A stretch of 63,275 bases of DNA, counting the filler, from Craspedostauros australis (Eukaryota), in NCBI GenBank assembly GCA_030167865.1. It is 14 parts of 14 records of this genome, joined end to end, with 100 filler letters (N's around TTAATTAATTAA, not from the genome) between each part and the next. Parts side by side here need not be neighbours in the genome. Positions count along the whole stretch, not along the records: positions 46,206 to 54,765 come from JALAGF010004702.1; positions 54,866 to 58,320 come from JALAGF010004704.1; positions 58,421 to 61,837 come from JALAGF010004706.1; 11 more parts are not named here. The stretch is one strand, 5' to 3'. Positions 46,891 to 58,879 of the stretch are shown piece by piece. Within the stretch, counting starts at the first letter, position 1. Each line of letters begins with the position of its first letter. The notes under the pieces were generated by a model. It did not search any database. It worked only from the letters and a program-made list of their open reading frames with translations, and had not been told where the DNA came from. Both the position numbers and the translations under genes were made by a program.

Positions 46891-49800
46891 ATCAGGGAAT
46901 GACGTTTGCATTGAATTGGTGCCACGACGAGACGCAGAAGTATGCGCAGCCTCCGAAAGCAGCAAAATAGTAATAGCGGGTCTGTTCGTTCTGGCCGTGG
47001 TGTGTTAATTGAGGGATATTGCATAGAGTATCACATTGTGGGTGCCACGATACAAAATAGCCCCTTGGAGATGTTCTTCGAGGGGCAAAATGCGAGCTTC
47101 CCCCTCGGCGTGCTGAAGAGATTTCAGCCCTCGCACGCTGAGCCGAAGTGTTCTCAGCTCGTACAGACCCGGCAAATACTATCACTTCCACGCGTAAGCA
47201 GCCTACTGCCAACCATGTTGCTTCATTTTGAAAGTTTTGGTCGTTGTTGTCGTTCGTATCGATCTTTGTTTGTCGCGATGCTACGCCGTATGCACTCAAT
47301 TCCGGGCAACAACATCCAAGAGAACAACAATAACACAAGCATCACATCAGATTTACATCTGTTCCTATTTCCTGTCCATCATCTACAATCTCAGAACAGC
47401 CATGACCAAAATCGGATGATGCCAACCTGGAACTGAAGTGGACTTGTCTAAACTAGATAGCTTAGTCATGGCACGGACTCATAATCACTCGAGTTACTCC
47501 AAACAGTATTCTGTCACGAAACAGTCCTGTGAAGCTTCACTTCTCAAGAGCCCATGTAAACTGCGACCATGACAGAGGGACTGAGGGAGCTGGACGTGGG
47601 AGTCCTCCAATGGTAGAAGACGGCATACAGGAATGCAACTCGAGAGGGCCAGAGCGTCTGATGGAGTTGCCAAGAGTCATGCCGCACTTCAACGTCCTCC
47701 ATGTAGTAGTAGTATGCCCGTCGAACAGCCCCTCGGTCATTCCACATTCGTCCAGGAGTCAAATTAGCAACACAAGTAGCATCATTGTTGACCGCATCGC
47801 CAATGTCAGCGCTTCCTGGACGTGTGCGCGATGAGGAGCACACCCGAGAACAAGACCAACCTCAAGGTCATCGCCGAGTGCGTCATTGGCTTTTTTCTGC
47901 AAAGTGTTGGAGTATCTCGACGAAGACCAGGCAAGCCTTGGTGAGAAAAAAACGCAAACGTGAAGGGAAATTCGCGCTCCTGCCGTTCACAAGTGAGGTG
48001 ACGAGACGACGGAAATGGACGCGGCGACATCCCAGCCTCTCCGAGGCGGAGCAATTCCGGCTTGCGATTCGCAATGACCCATCAACGCTCCACACAGCAA
48101 AGCGGGAGCGCTGGTCGATTTGCACGTGTTTTATGTTGGGCGTTGAGAGCTCTCTCTCTCTCTCACCCTCAAAGTTCCGGATGTTGCTCGAGATGACTTT
48201 TGCATAACTCACGAGGCAACGCCTCGTTCGACAATCAAATCGATGGACATGATGCCAACCACACACACACACAACTTCCATTTCAATGAGTACCGGTTTG
48301 ATAGCAATCATGGAATCGTTCAAGAGTACTCGCTGACGAAGTTGGATTCCATGTCTGTGTGGAATGAGATTACCCAAGTCCCCAGTCCTTGGCGTCGTGG
48401 GGTTCCGGTAATTATCGAATTGAACATCAAATTGAATTTATTCGCATGTTCACACACGTCACATGATTCCGCGAAGTTCCGCGCAACAATGGGGAGCGAG
48501 ACAAACCAGAACGAATACCAACTAAATATCGCCAAGCTGTCAGCCCACTAACTCACAAATCGGCAATGGACAACCATCAATCACCCACCACAACACCTCT
48601 TGCAATGTTCATTCATTCTTGAATAGTTCGTAGATCATGCAATAGCTCTGTGAGCCTGGATCACTCCCACGTAATGTCAGACCTGTCACAGATGCGAGTA
48701 ATTTTATCTACCTGCCTCTGTGCCATCCTTTTCGGTGGTACATAAAACTCTTCGTGTTTGATTGTATCTTGTCTCCACCAATGGAATACTTGGAATCTTT
48801 GCGACAGAGAGATCTTTACAACTTTCTGTTGCCGTCAACACTGGAGTCATGTCGATCAGCCATCACGTCGTTCACACCGCGGCCGTCATCGATGCAGCGC
48901 TCGTTGCCAATCTTTGATCGGTCAGTCATTGAAGCAAAAGCAATTCGGTACTTGGGAGTGTGAAGGAGCAGTTGCGATTGCTCTACACCATTGTGCAATC
49001 GCGATCAATCGGTCAATCAATTGTTGCATTTGCCCCATCCTTCGTCACCACAGGTGCTGGTATCATTCTGCTACTGCATGCAAGGTCCACTCTCCATTCC
49101 ATCCAACATGTCTGCCGTGCTCTTCCCCTTTCCATTTGCGTGCTTCCATACCATACCATACCATACCATACCACACCGCACCGCACATAAAACACACCAT
49201 CACAAATCACATTTCTACATCGGACCGCACCGCACTACATCAACAATTCCATGCCCATACATTTGCTTGCGAATTAGGAGTACCATTCATCACCGACCGG
49301 CCAAGCCGACATGAGCGGCGCCGCTATTCACATCTGCCCATCCTGTCGCAGCACCGATCGCAATGCAGAAATAGCCATGAGGTGCGCGTGATGAATCCGC
49401 GGTCACCATGATGGCGCATTTCATGCGACGCGTCGGACACAGCATGCAAAAGGGCAACAGCAGCGACGCCACCTCACCGCGGATACTATTGATGTTGCGG
49501 GATGAGGCGCGCACCATCCAACACAATACAGATCTATCGACCAGCGCAACACCTGCAAACCAGACATCGTCTCAACGCAGAGCGGAGTGCACAGAGCAGC
49601 ATCGAATTCAGAGAATGGCATGATCTGCGCGACACAGCATTGCGCTGATCGTTGATTATTGATCGTTGATCGTTGATCATCTCCCTTGCTCATCCTCTGG
49701 ATATATTCGGTGGTGGTCTCATCACATGGCGAAAAACATGGCAAAATGGAATGTATGCAGCAGCGCACATGAAGTCTCATGTGCAACCACCTGCTCGCAG

Positions 49801-50491
49801 TCTGCACTACTTCTGTTCGTTAAACTGTGAGTACGATTGGCAATCTGTATTGAATTTGTATAGCGTACAGTATGCAGTGTGTATAGTAGGTTGTGGGATG
49901 CATCGAGTATCAGTGGCGTTGGCATGGCGTTTCGCCGGCTGCCGATGTGGCGGCGACCTCGATTACAACGACAACGATCAATGTCCCGATAGGGCAGAAT
50001 TGAAAAGGAAAAGTGCTGAGAGCAGCAGCATTGAAGTCCTCTGCTATGTACGATGGTACTCGTGTGCAGCCTGTTGTATCTTCGTCCACCGCAGCTCGTA
50101 CTACTCGTAGTACACAGAGTAGACAGATGTCGCTGGTAAGGAATGCAACGTGCATGGACGATCTTCCGCGAATGGAAGCAAATGAAATTCGGCATCGTAG
50201 CGAATCGTCGAGAATCGTGGTTGCTCTTCCTCTTGATGTTGTTCATCGTGCTGTGATTGGTGCTGCCGCCATTGCTACTCCTAATATGTGCTCACCACCC
50301 AGCGAATGTTGGTGACCTCGTAATCTGTCGAGAGAGACTTCACTTTGCTCGACGTGACCTTCTCCATCACGACTGCACGAAAAGCCACCAATGGACTGGG
50401 GCAGAGTGCGAGTATGATTGTTCGTGCGATTTCAACAGATTCCTCTCTCATTACGAATTCCATACATGCGCACGCCTACATTCTCGACCGC

Positions 50492-53077
50492 TTACGTGAA
50501 CAAAATCTCACAGAAGGTACCTTCGTAGTCTGTATCTGAACAGTCGCAACCTTCCACAGGGCCGCACTCTCCACCATTCTGGCACACACTCGGGTCAGTG
50601 CAGTCAAATTCAATGCAATCTTCACCGATGTATCCTGGAGGACACTCACAAGTACCATCGGGGTTGCAAATGGTTGCACCGTTGAAGCAGAAGGTTCCTG
50701 TTTCGGCGCAGTACTTGATCTGACAAAGCCGACCGTCGAAGTCGATGTCACAGTCACACACACCAGTGACCAAGTTGCAGGTTCCACCATTTGCGCAGTC
50801 CTCTTCCAAACAAGAGATCTCCCTCTCGCAAAGCATACCACTGGCCTTCGTCAGCGGTGTGAAGCACTCGCATTCTGTGCCGTAGCATTCACCTTCATTA
50901 AAGCATGCGTTGGTGGTGTTGTCGCAGATTTCGCAGAGAAAGCGAGAATCGACTGGCTGCCCAAGGCTGTAGTCCTGCGCAGATACGGGGCCACGGCGGG
51001 ACCAGCTGAGGCTCGTGGGCGTGGCAGCGTTGGAGGGCGTGGCAAGATCGACGGCGGATGAGAGATAGTACGGCCCCCTGCTGAAGTCATTTGTGAGGGA
51101 GAGGTGGAATTGATCCGCCAGCAGCTCGTTGATGAATTGCTGCGTGCTGTTGAAGACATTGACTGTGTCCATGATCATCCACCTGCGGCCGTTGAAAATG
51201 AGAAAATCGTGCTCGCCGGAGGAGAATGGGTAGTCATCGATGTAGACTGGGCGGCTATTGATCTTGACTGGCTTGGTGACGTTGGTTGCCTCGTCTGTGT
51301 ATGTTAGCAAAACGAAGGCTTCAGCGAAGAAGAAGTTGGCATTGGAGAAGGCGGGGGTTCTGGAATCGATCGAGATCGAGGAGCAGGCACCGTCGAATTC
51401 GCACCTCTCGCCGAACTGATTATCCTCGCAAATGCACCGGTCGTTGCGGCACGGTCCCCGACAGGCCCCGCTGCCACACTCGGTGCACTGGATGTAGAAA
51501 TGGTCGACCGGTTCTTCCAGACTGGAAAGACGAAAGTTGGTGGTGTCGAGCGTTCGAATCTTCCAGTCGGAAGCGCTGCTGAGGCTCATCAGGTTGAAAG
51601 TCTCCGTGGTCTTGGAGATCATGAGGTAGTCATCGCAGATATTATGGACGGATGTGGCATCGGTGAACGCCATGACTTGGAAGACCCAGGCCGTATGTTT
51701 GTGGCAGTAGCGAAAGTAGGAAGCCAAGTCTCCATCGTAATCACGCGAGACGTACACCTGGCGGCCGTCAAGGTGCTTGCTTCCCCTCTTGACGAAGACA
51801 CCGCTGTGGGTTGGCAGCGTGGCATGATAAGCATCGCCGAACTGCACGAGGATGGCGTCACAGAGGAAGTAGCCGTTGAATTGCTGGTGCATGATGACGG
51901 ACCATCCTGCGATCATGCCCAGAAGGATGACGAGCATGACGGTCTTGTGAATGGGGTACTTGCGCCGTCGGACGGGGATCCTTTGCTCATCGACGAGCTG
52001 GCAAACATGCTGGATCGAGGCCTCGAAGAATCCCTGCTGACCGAGCTGGAAAAAGACATCGTCAATTTCCGAGATGAAGGCGAGCGCCGCGAAGTTGAGG
52101 AAGATCTCGATGACAGAACTGCTGCGCACGACGAGGATGAAGATCACGGCGAGGAATGCCAACCCCACGAGGAGCTGCGCGGTGTAAGCGATGGCCCAGG
52201 TGAGGAAGGTGGCGTCTGGCAAGCGCTCCCTGATGCTGCGGTCGTAGCCCGCGTGAATGATCTGGATGGACTCCTTGACGTCTCCTTGCACAGCCACCGA
52301 GAGGACGAGGGCAAGCCCCTGTGCGGAACGGATGATGATGTCGACGTCTTCTGGAACCTTGAGGGGATTCTTGCTGTTGTTCTTGTCGATGAGGTCCACA
52401 AGGGCGAGGGACGTCATGGCAGCCTGGAAAGTGAAGACGACCATCGCAAAAGCAAAACTCTTGCTGTTGAGAGCGGCGAGGAACATGACGCTGTACATAT
52501 TGTGAGGCAGTTCTTGAAGCTCCACCTTGGCCTGCTTCGTCTTCCGGCCCACGGATTCAGTGAAGCCAGTCGTTTCTTCGGCGTCGAGGTTGTCAATGTG
52601 GCTGTCATCCTCTGCGTCGTCTTCGTCACCGGGCTTGCTGGTACTAGTAGCCTGGAGAGTATTGTTGCCATTGGTGTTGGTGGTGGTGGTGTTGGCGATG
52701 GTGTTGCTTGTGGCATTGGGGATAACAGTTTCACTGGGTTGGTGAAGATCCTCCATATCGCTGCTGACATGAGTTCCATGTCTATTGCCATCCGAATCGA
52801 AGAGGGCCTTGACCTCTTCTCCATTGTTGCCATTGGTCTCAACGTCTCCATGCGCGAACGCCCGTGCATTCACATCGACCTGATCTTCGCCGTTGGAGGA
52901 GTCCATTGTGAAGGCAACTCTATTCGACTGCAGTTTTGTCTTGTTGTTTCGATCGGTGGCACAGTTGGTGGCAACGTTGCTGAGCCAAACCTCTTGGCTG
53001 TGGTTGTGGTTGTAGCTATCGCTGCTATTATGACTGCTGAGTTGGTCGTTGCGATGGATGGCGTCACGACCTTGCAT
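50492..53077 (-). CDS. Multi-pass membrane protein with C-terminal EGF-like repeats (alternative start 52906)
   Basis: About 5 hydrophobic helices, including IFLNFAALAFISEIDD. EGF-like Cys patterns CFNEGEC..TECEC, CANGGTC...TGVCDC..DFDGRLC, CECPPGYIGEDC, CQNGGEC. Confidence 0.88.
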   Translation of the reverse strand: MQGRDAIHRNDQLSSHNSSDSYNHNHSQEVWLSNVATNCATDRNNKTKLQSNRVAFTMDSSNGEDQVDVNARAFAHGDVETNGNNGEEVKALFDSDGNRHGTHVSSDMEDLHQPSETVIPNATSNTIANTTTTNTNGNNTLQATSTSKPGDEDDAEDDSHIDNLDAEETTGFTESVGRKTKQAKVELQELPHNMYSVMFLAALNSKSFAFAMVVFTFQAAMTSLALVDLIDKNNSKNPLKVPEDVDIIIRSAQGLALVLSVAVQGDVKESIQIIHAGYDRSIRERLPDATFLTWAIAYTAQLLVGLAFLAVIFILVVRSSSVIEIFLNFAALAFISEIDDVFFQLGQQGFFEASIQHVCQLVDEQRIPVRRRKYPIHKTVMLVILLGMIAGWSVIMHQQFNGYFLCDAILVQFGDAYHATLPTHSGVFVKRGSKHLDGRQVYVSRDYDGDLASYFRYCHKHTAWVFQVMAFTDATSVHNICDDYLMISKTTETFNLMSLSSASDWKIRTLDTTNFRLSSLEEPVDHFYIQCTECGSGACRGPCRNDRCICEDNQFGERCEFDGACSSISIDSRTPAFSNANFFFAEAFVLLTYTDEATNVTKPVKINSRPVYIDDYPFSSGEHDFLIFNGRRWMIMDTVNVFNSTQQFINELLADQFHLSLTNDFSRGPYYLSSAVDLATPSNAATPTSLSWSRRGPVSAQDYSLGQPVDSRFLCEICDNTTNACFNEGECYGTECECFTPLTKASGMLCEREISCLEEDCANGGTCNLVTGVCDCDIDFDGRLCQIKYCAETGTFCFNGATICNPDGTCECPPGYIGEDCIEFDCTDPSVCQNGGECGPVEGCDCSDTDYEGTFCEILFT

Positions 53078-53141
53078 CTATTCAAATGCGGTGATGCAAT
53101 GCTCGTGCGAGTGGGTTGTTGGTAGTGAGACTGAACACAGG

Positions 53142-53229
53142 CGGACGCAGATGGACGCAGATGGACGCAGATGATGCAGATGGATGCAGATGGATGCAGA
53201 TGGATGCAGATGGATGCAGATGGATGCAA
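53142..53229 (+). repeat. Decamer tandem repeat (GCAGATGGAT)n
   Basis: Seen directly. Confidence 0.9.
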
Positions 53230-53829
53230 GGTTTTCACAGCACAAGGTGTCCTGACTGCTGCCAGCCTCAGTCGTTGGCAGTACTCGTGGTTGCACTTGT
53301 ACTCGTGGTTGCACTTTTACTCGTACTTGTGATCGTCGCCAGATGGATGGTACTGGTACGACGCCACTTGAACAGAACAGACCAGTTTGCAATTGCCTGT
53401 GATGTTGTTCCATTCCCGAAGCAACCATGGCGATGTTCATGTCCATCCCCTTGGAGAACTCACAGCTCGCGAGGCGCCACACCTCACAGCCCAAAACAAC
53501 ATCACGTTGTTCGTCGTTCTGGTCATCCATCCACGTTCGAAGATCCTTCACACGAGACGCGCAAAAAGATCACCATGAAGTGTTCAACATGCTTCCCGTC
53601 TGCCTCCGCAGAAGATCGAAGAACGAACAACCTCCGCGCTAATTCCGCTCGATTTCTCGTCTTCGCCCAAAACAAGTGACTGGGACACTCGGCAGAAAGT
53701 CGGGATTCCATTCAACCTATCATTCGTTAAGTAATTTAGTATCATGACATTATCCACCAGTCATTCAAAGTTGTTGCGTTTGGCATCAATTACTCCCTTT
53801 CGAAAACCTTGAGTCGCAACAGAGAAACT

Positions 53830-53972
53830 CCCGACATTCCCGACAAAGCACCCGACATTCCCGACAACGCACCCGACATTCCCGACAAAGCACCCGACAT
53901 TCCCGACAAGACACCCGACATTCCCGACAAAGCGCCCGACATTCTCGACATTCCCGACATTCCCGACAAAGC
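53830..53972 (+). repeat. 21-bp tandem array built from the CCCGACA motif
   Basis: Unit CCCGACATTCCCGACAAAGCA; about 14 CCCGACA-type motifs. Confidence 0.92.
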
Positions 53973-54435
53973 GCTCAATACTCGTCACAAGGCAGTCGGC
54001 GTGTTTGAGTACCTTTGCCCATCTGCATGTGCTCGCTTGTTGGATAACGTTGATAGAGTGTGTCCCAGTGCGATCCATCAGTTGTACCCAGAACACACAC
54101 CAAACACCACTCAAAGCGCTGAGGCTATTTGGATCGTTACAGTGCGTTCATTGGTTCTACCGTGGGGATTCGGACAATCAAGGGACAACCTTTTCCATTT
54201 GATGACACAACAACACCCCATTTCGCCTCGTGCCATTTTGCCTCACATCATTTCGCCTCACATCACATCACATCACATCACACCACACCACATCACAAAA
54301 CATCACACAACATCGCACCACAACGCATCGCATCGTGCGAAAAAAGACAACTGATTGAGCCTGTTCTTTGTTTTGCTGATTGGCATTGAACTATAATAGG
54401 TTAATCCAGAGAGTGTTGCTTGATGGACATTCGAC

Positions 54436-54765
54436 TCACTTGGAGCTCTTCTTCGATGCTTGCTGGATCGCAAGGTAATGAATGAACTTCTGATGACGGA
54501 CCTCCTGATAAATTCGATGGCGAAACACGTCCTTGTTAAAATGCATGTACTCCTTGCGTGTCTTTTGGAACTCGGAAGGTGGCAGTTGAGTGTGTCGGTT
54601 GTTCTTGACATCATCAGCAAGCAGTGCCTTTGCCTCAGACATGTCGAATACTGGCTGTCCCATGTTGTTGGTTGATGCTCTTGGATGCATTGCACGATCA
54701 CGTTCAAGCGCTCTGCGTTCCAAGCACGATCTTACATGCCGCTCGCTGGCTTTCTTCTTGTAGTC
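54436..54765 (-). CDS. C-terminus of an unknown, probably TE-associated diatom protein
   Basis: SEAKALLADDV...H..L.PSEF...RKEY..F....FRHRIYQE matches a helical domain I recall from many diatom hypothetical proteins. Confidence 0.6.
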   Translation of the reverse strand, partial: DYKKKASERHVRSCLERRALERDRAMHPRASTNNMGQPVFDMSEAKALLADDVKNNRHTQLPPSEFQKTRKEYMHFNKDVFRHRIYQEVRHQKFIHYLAIQQASKKSSK

Positions 54766-54864
54766 NNNNNNNNNNNNNNNNNNNNNNNNNNNNNNNNNNN
54801 NNNNNNNNNTTAATTAATTAANNNNNNNNNNNNNNNNNNNNNNNNNNNNNNNNNNNNNNNNNNN

Positions 54865-57447
54865 NGCCTCAGCTGGGGCGGCGTCCTGGGGTCCGACGTC
54901 CTGGGGATCGGCGTTGTTCTCTACCGCAGGTACCACCACCTCGCCCTCAACGCCGACACCAGGAGGGGGGCCAGAGAAAGGAAGAGCGGGCGGGTCGGCG
55001 GGAAAGAAATGCGGGTCGGGCGGCGGAAGCGGGCCATCAATAGCAGCGTCATGGAACTCCAGCACGTGCTCGCGAGAGGTGCGGAAGAGATCGTGCCAGA
55101 GCGGGTCCAGGTCACCGGAGGAGGCATTGGAGACAGTGGAGAACGTCTCGTCGTACACCACATGATACTGCCGGGAGACCCATCCGGTCTGGATGCTGCG
55201 GATGAGGCCAACCGAGGACGAGTGCTCGGGATCGAAGCCAAGGTACTGGCCGAGCCGGGCCCGTGGCTCCCAGCGAGGGATGGACTTGTCGGCCTGCAGC
55301 CGAGGGTCGAGGACGTAGGCGGGGCACCCCCAGACGCGAGAGCGAGGGAGGTACTGGGACCCGACGGAGGAACCAGTGAAAGCGTCATGCGGAGTGGTGC
55401 GGGAGGTGCGGCGCGGCGTGTGATTGTACAACCACGCGGCATGCGACATGGCGGTCGGCCACAAGTCGGTGGCGAACTCCTTAGGCCAGTGAAGCTGGGC
55501 GTGAACCATCATGGCCCGGGCGCGAAGGGTACAGGTGAGGATGGCGCGCTCGGCCGCTCCATTCTGGTGATGGGCACCGACAGCACCGAAAGTGAGGCGT
55601 TGGTCGGCATCGAGGCTGTCACGCCAGGCAGCAGAGGTGAAGACCCCACGGTCGGTGTGGTAGTGCTGGACTTGAACCCCGTGGGCGCGGGCGGACTGCT
55701 CGAAGACACGCTTGGACGCAATGGTGTCGGAGGCACCGAAGGAGACCTGGTGGTGGATGGAGATGAAGCCAGTGTGCGAGTCAACGAAGATGGTCCCACC
55801 GACGTAGCGCTGGGTCTGGGGCTCCAGGCCGAAGGTGTTGAGACGCCGGCCACGAACACTGCTCTCGAACTGATCGACAGACACGTGCTCGCCCGGAAGC
55901 GCAGTTCCGGGAGCGATGGGACGGATATCGCCGGCGGGAGCGGAGCGACGGTTGGGGAGGCGTTGCTTGCGGGACTTCGCAAGGACGCAGGAGGCGCACT
56001 TCGGCAGGGGGCACCGCTTCATGCCGGAGACAGAGGGAATGAGATGGGACTGGGGCACCTCGTCCTCCGGGTCCAGGACCTCATGGGCGCGGAACAGCTG
56101 CTGCACATGAGCCATGCCGAGATGGCCAAGCTTGAGATGGGCATGCAGGAGAGCCTTCTGCGCGGTGGAAAGGTTGGCGTTGGCTGGCTCGAGGGCTTCG
56201 ACGCCGGCCAGAGCGGTGGACTCGGTGAGATGGGCGGCAGAGCGATGGGCGGAGCCGCGAGACGGCTTAGCAGATGGGCGGCCAAGCGCAGTCGGGATGT
56301 TGGAGTGCGGGTGGACCGGGACGGTGATGGTGCCCTTGTCGGCAGTCTTCATCCAGAACTGCCGGCTGTTCCCACCGAACGTTTCTGCATCGTAGAGACG
56401 CGCGGTCTTGGCGTAGTCCTGGGGGGAAACGAGGCGAACGTTGCTGCCGGGGATGAGATGGCCGGGCATGACCACTGTATCGAAGGTACCGTCGATCGAC
56501 ATGATGTCGTACGACACGGTGCCGATGGCGGTGATGTTCATTGACCCGCTGGCGGTGTGCACTTTGCCGTAGGATCCGAAGATGGGCTCGTCCAGGAAGT
56601 CGTCAACGTCATAGGTCATGGCGAAGGAACAGCCAGTGTCCATGATGATGGGAACGAGATTCTTGTGAGTGCCCTTCGGCGAGTGGTAGGCGTTGTGGAT
56701 GAGCTGCGACATGAACTGGTGGTCGACGTTGAAAGATGAAGCTTGGAAAGCAAGTGGGTGAATATCCAGCGGAGCAGAGATGGTGAGGGGGCCCTTGGAG
56801 ACAGGTCGAAAAGGGTCTGAGGCCCGACTGATGAGGCGGAAGAGATCCGGTGGGATGGCGTCGTCAGTGGCGGCAACGGACTCCGGAGCAGGCAGGCGGG
56901 ATGCCTGGACGGCGGCGGAGGCATGGCGATGGGCCATGAGATCGTCGAACTGGTGCCCGAAACCGGATAGGTGGAGAGTAGAGGACGGAGAGGGAGGAGC
57001 GGCACCAAGAGAGGAGGAGCCGGCCTCGACTTCCTGCAGGATGCGGCAGGGAGCGAGGACTGGGAGAGGGGAACCCCGAGCATGTACAAGGCGGCTGGAC
57101 CGGACTTGCGCGTACTCGAAGTATCGGAGAGTAGACGCCGGGATGGTCAGGTAGGATAGGACCATCAGGCGGGCGGGGAGGCCAAGGCCGAGGCGGCTGG
57201 AGTGCCGGACGACATGGCGAGGGACGGAGGGAAGGCTGGATCCGCCTGGACGACGGAGGAGGTGCCGGAGGGTGGTGACGACCCAAGCATCGGCGGGGAG
57301 CACCCACTGAAGGACCCAAGTAGTCGAGACTGCGAGTTGCTCAATGAAGAGCCCCAGGCACCCTACCACCCCCTCAATGAGGAAGAGCAGGATGACTGGC
57401 AGGCAGAGGAGAGGGCTTACGCGAAGAAGGGCCGCCTTTAAAAACCC
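54865..57447 (-). CDS. Copia (CoDi-like) Pol: protease, GAG-pre-integrase, integrase (3'-truncated)
   Basis: IIMDTGCS, HLKLGH...CASC, VSVDQ, YHTDRG, HHQNGAAER, WGCPAYVLDPRLQ...RWEPRARLGQYLG. The frame opens at the slippery site 57447-57441. Confidence 0.93.
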
Positions 57448-58319
57448 GATGCATCATCGGCCATGCGGACGCGAAGGGTGGTCGGGGGAGGCGCGGCCAC
57501 GGAAGCGGAGTCGTCGACGGCGGTGGCTTTGGCCTCAGCGGAGGCCTGGCGCTCGCCGCGCTTGCGCTTGAACTCCTGGAACCAGGCGTCGTGGCCGTCG
57601 GTCTCGTGGTTGCCCCAGCGCTGGCAGCGGGGGTTGCCGCACCAGTGCTCCGTACCGGAGCCATTTGCGCGGTCCCGGGTGTGGCTCTCGCCCTCCTGAG
57701 GAGGAGTGCGGTCGATGGGGTTGCCCCGACGGTCGACGGAGGGCTTGGTGCCCGACCCAGACCCGGTGGTGTTGTTGGCAGCAGCGGGGTGGCGACGGCG
57801 GATGTGCCAAGAGTCCGTGGCAACGAGCTTGCGGTACTTGCCGAGGGAGACGTCAAGGACGCCCTCCCAGGTGTCCAAGGTGGACGACGTTCCAATCTCC
57901 ATGGACATCTCCATGAAACCCAGGTGGGTTTTGAAGGCCTGGCAGGTGCANNNNNNNNNNNNNNNNNNNNNNNNNNNNNNNNNNNNNNNNNNNNNNNNNN
58001 NNNNNNNNGCCGCAATGCGGGAGATGGCCGAGCGGAGGTAGGCACACGCCACTTCGATGTTCTCGCCCTCAATCTGGCTGACCTTGAAATGCTGGATCCG
58101 GTTGAGGATCTCGCGGGCCGTATCGGAGTTGGTGCGGGCCACCAACTCGACGATGTAGAAGAGCGCGAGCGGTCCACCCTTTTCGTCATAGGGCACAAGG
58201 CGGAGGCGGTTGGCGACGATCGCGCGGAGCTCCTCAGTGCAGGAGTTCAGGATGAAACGCTGAGAGACCTCGAGGTCGGTCGCGATCTCATCGCTGCTTG
58301 CGAAGTTGTGGTACGTCCA
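57438..58319 (-). CDS. Copia (CoDi-like) Gag C-terminal half
   Basis: GGPLALFYI...IEGENIEVAC and zinc-knuckle-like WCGNPRCQRWGNHETDGH. Lies directly upstream of Pol. Confidence 0.85.
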   Translation of the reverse strand, partial: WTYHNFASSDEIATDLEVSQRFILNSCTEELRAIVANRLRLVPYDEKGGPLALFYIVELVARTNSDTAREILNRIQHFKVSQIEGENIEVACAYLRSAISRIAXXXXXXXXXXXXXXXXXXXXCTCQAFKTHLGFMEMSMEIGTSSTLDTWEGVLDVSLGKYRKLVATDSWHIRRRHPAAANNTTGSGSGTKPSVDRRGNPIDRTPPQEGESHTRDRANGSGTEHWCGNPRCQRWGNHETDGHDAWFQEFKRKRGERQASAEAKATAVDDSASVAAPPPTTLRVRMADDASGF

Positions 58320-58879
58320 ANNNNNNNNNNNNNNNNNNNNNNNNNNNNNNNNNNNNNNNNNNNNTTAATTAATTAANNNNNNNNNNNNNNNNNNNNNNNN
58401 NNNNNNNNNNNNNNNNNNNNGCAATGATGCCGACAGTGACAGTCTCCACGAGCATGGTGGGAGTGCGATGAGTAAGACGTACAGAGTACGCAATGTGATA
58501 AGGATGGCGGCGGTTCCACCGACAGTGGCGGCGAGAGAGACGAAGATCTCTTCGCATCGCAGCCGCGTCGCTGCCAGATGCTCCCAATGATCCTGCCGTC
58601 GCTCGTCACTATCTGTACCTCCATCCGTGCAAGTCCATGACTACCACCAACGTGCGTGACGAGACCAAGCCACAGCCATTCCAACTCATCCGATCCCACG
58701 CCCATCGTACTCCTTTTCTCTCTCTCTCTCTCGCTGTCTCGTGTGCTTACCCATGCCGACAGTCCCTCTTGTATCCACAGTGTACGAACCTCACTCGCGG
58801 CATTCCATCAAGCCAAAAGACACTAGACCCAAGCATCATATTCCGAGCACAATCAACCAACAATCACCCATATCTCACA

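Noticed and set aside
53830..53972. Mini-CRISPR or the PDIPDK protein (ORF 53809-54354)
   Set aside because: No spacers. The ORF is a by-product of a stop-free repeat and runs into microsatellite sequence.
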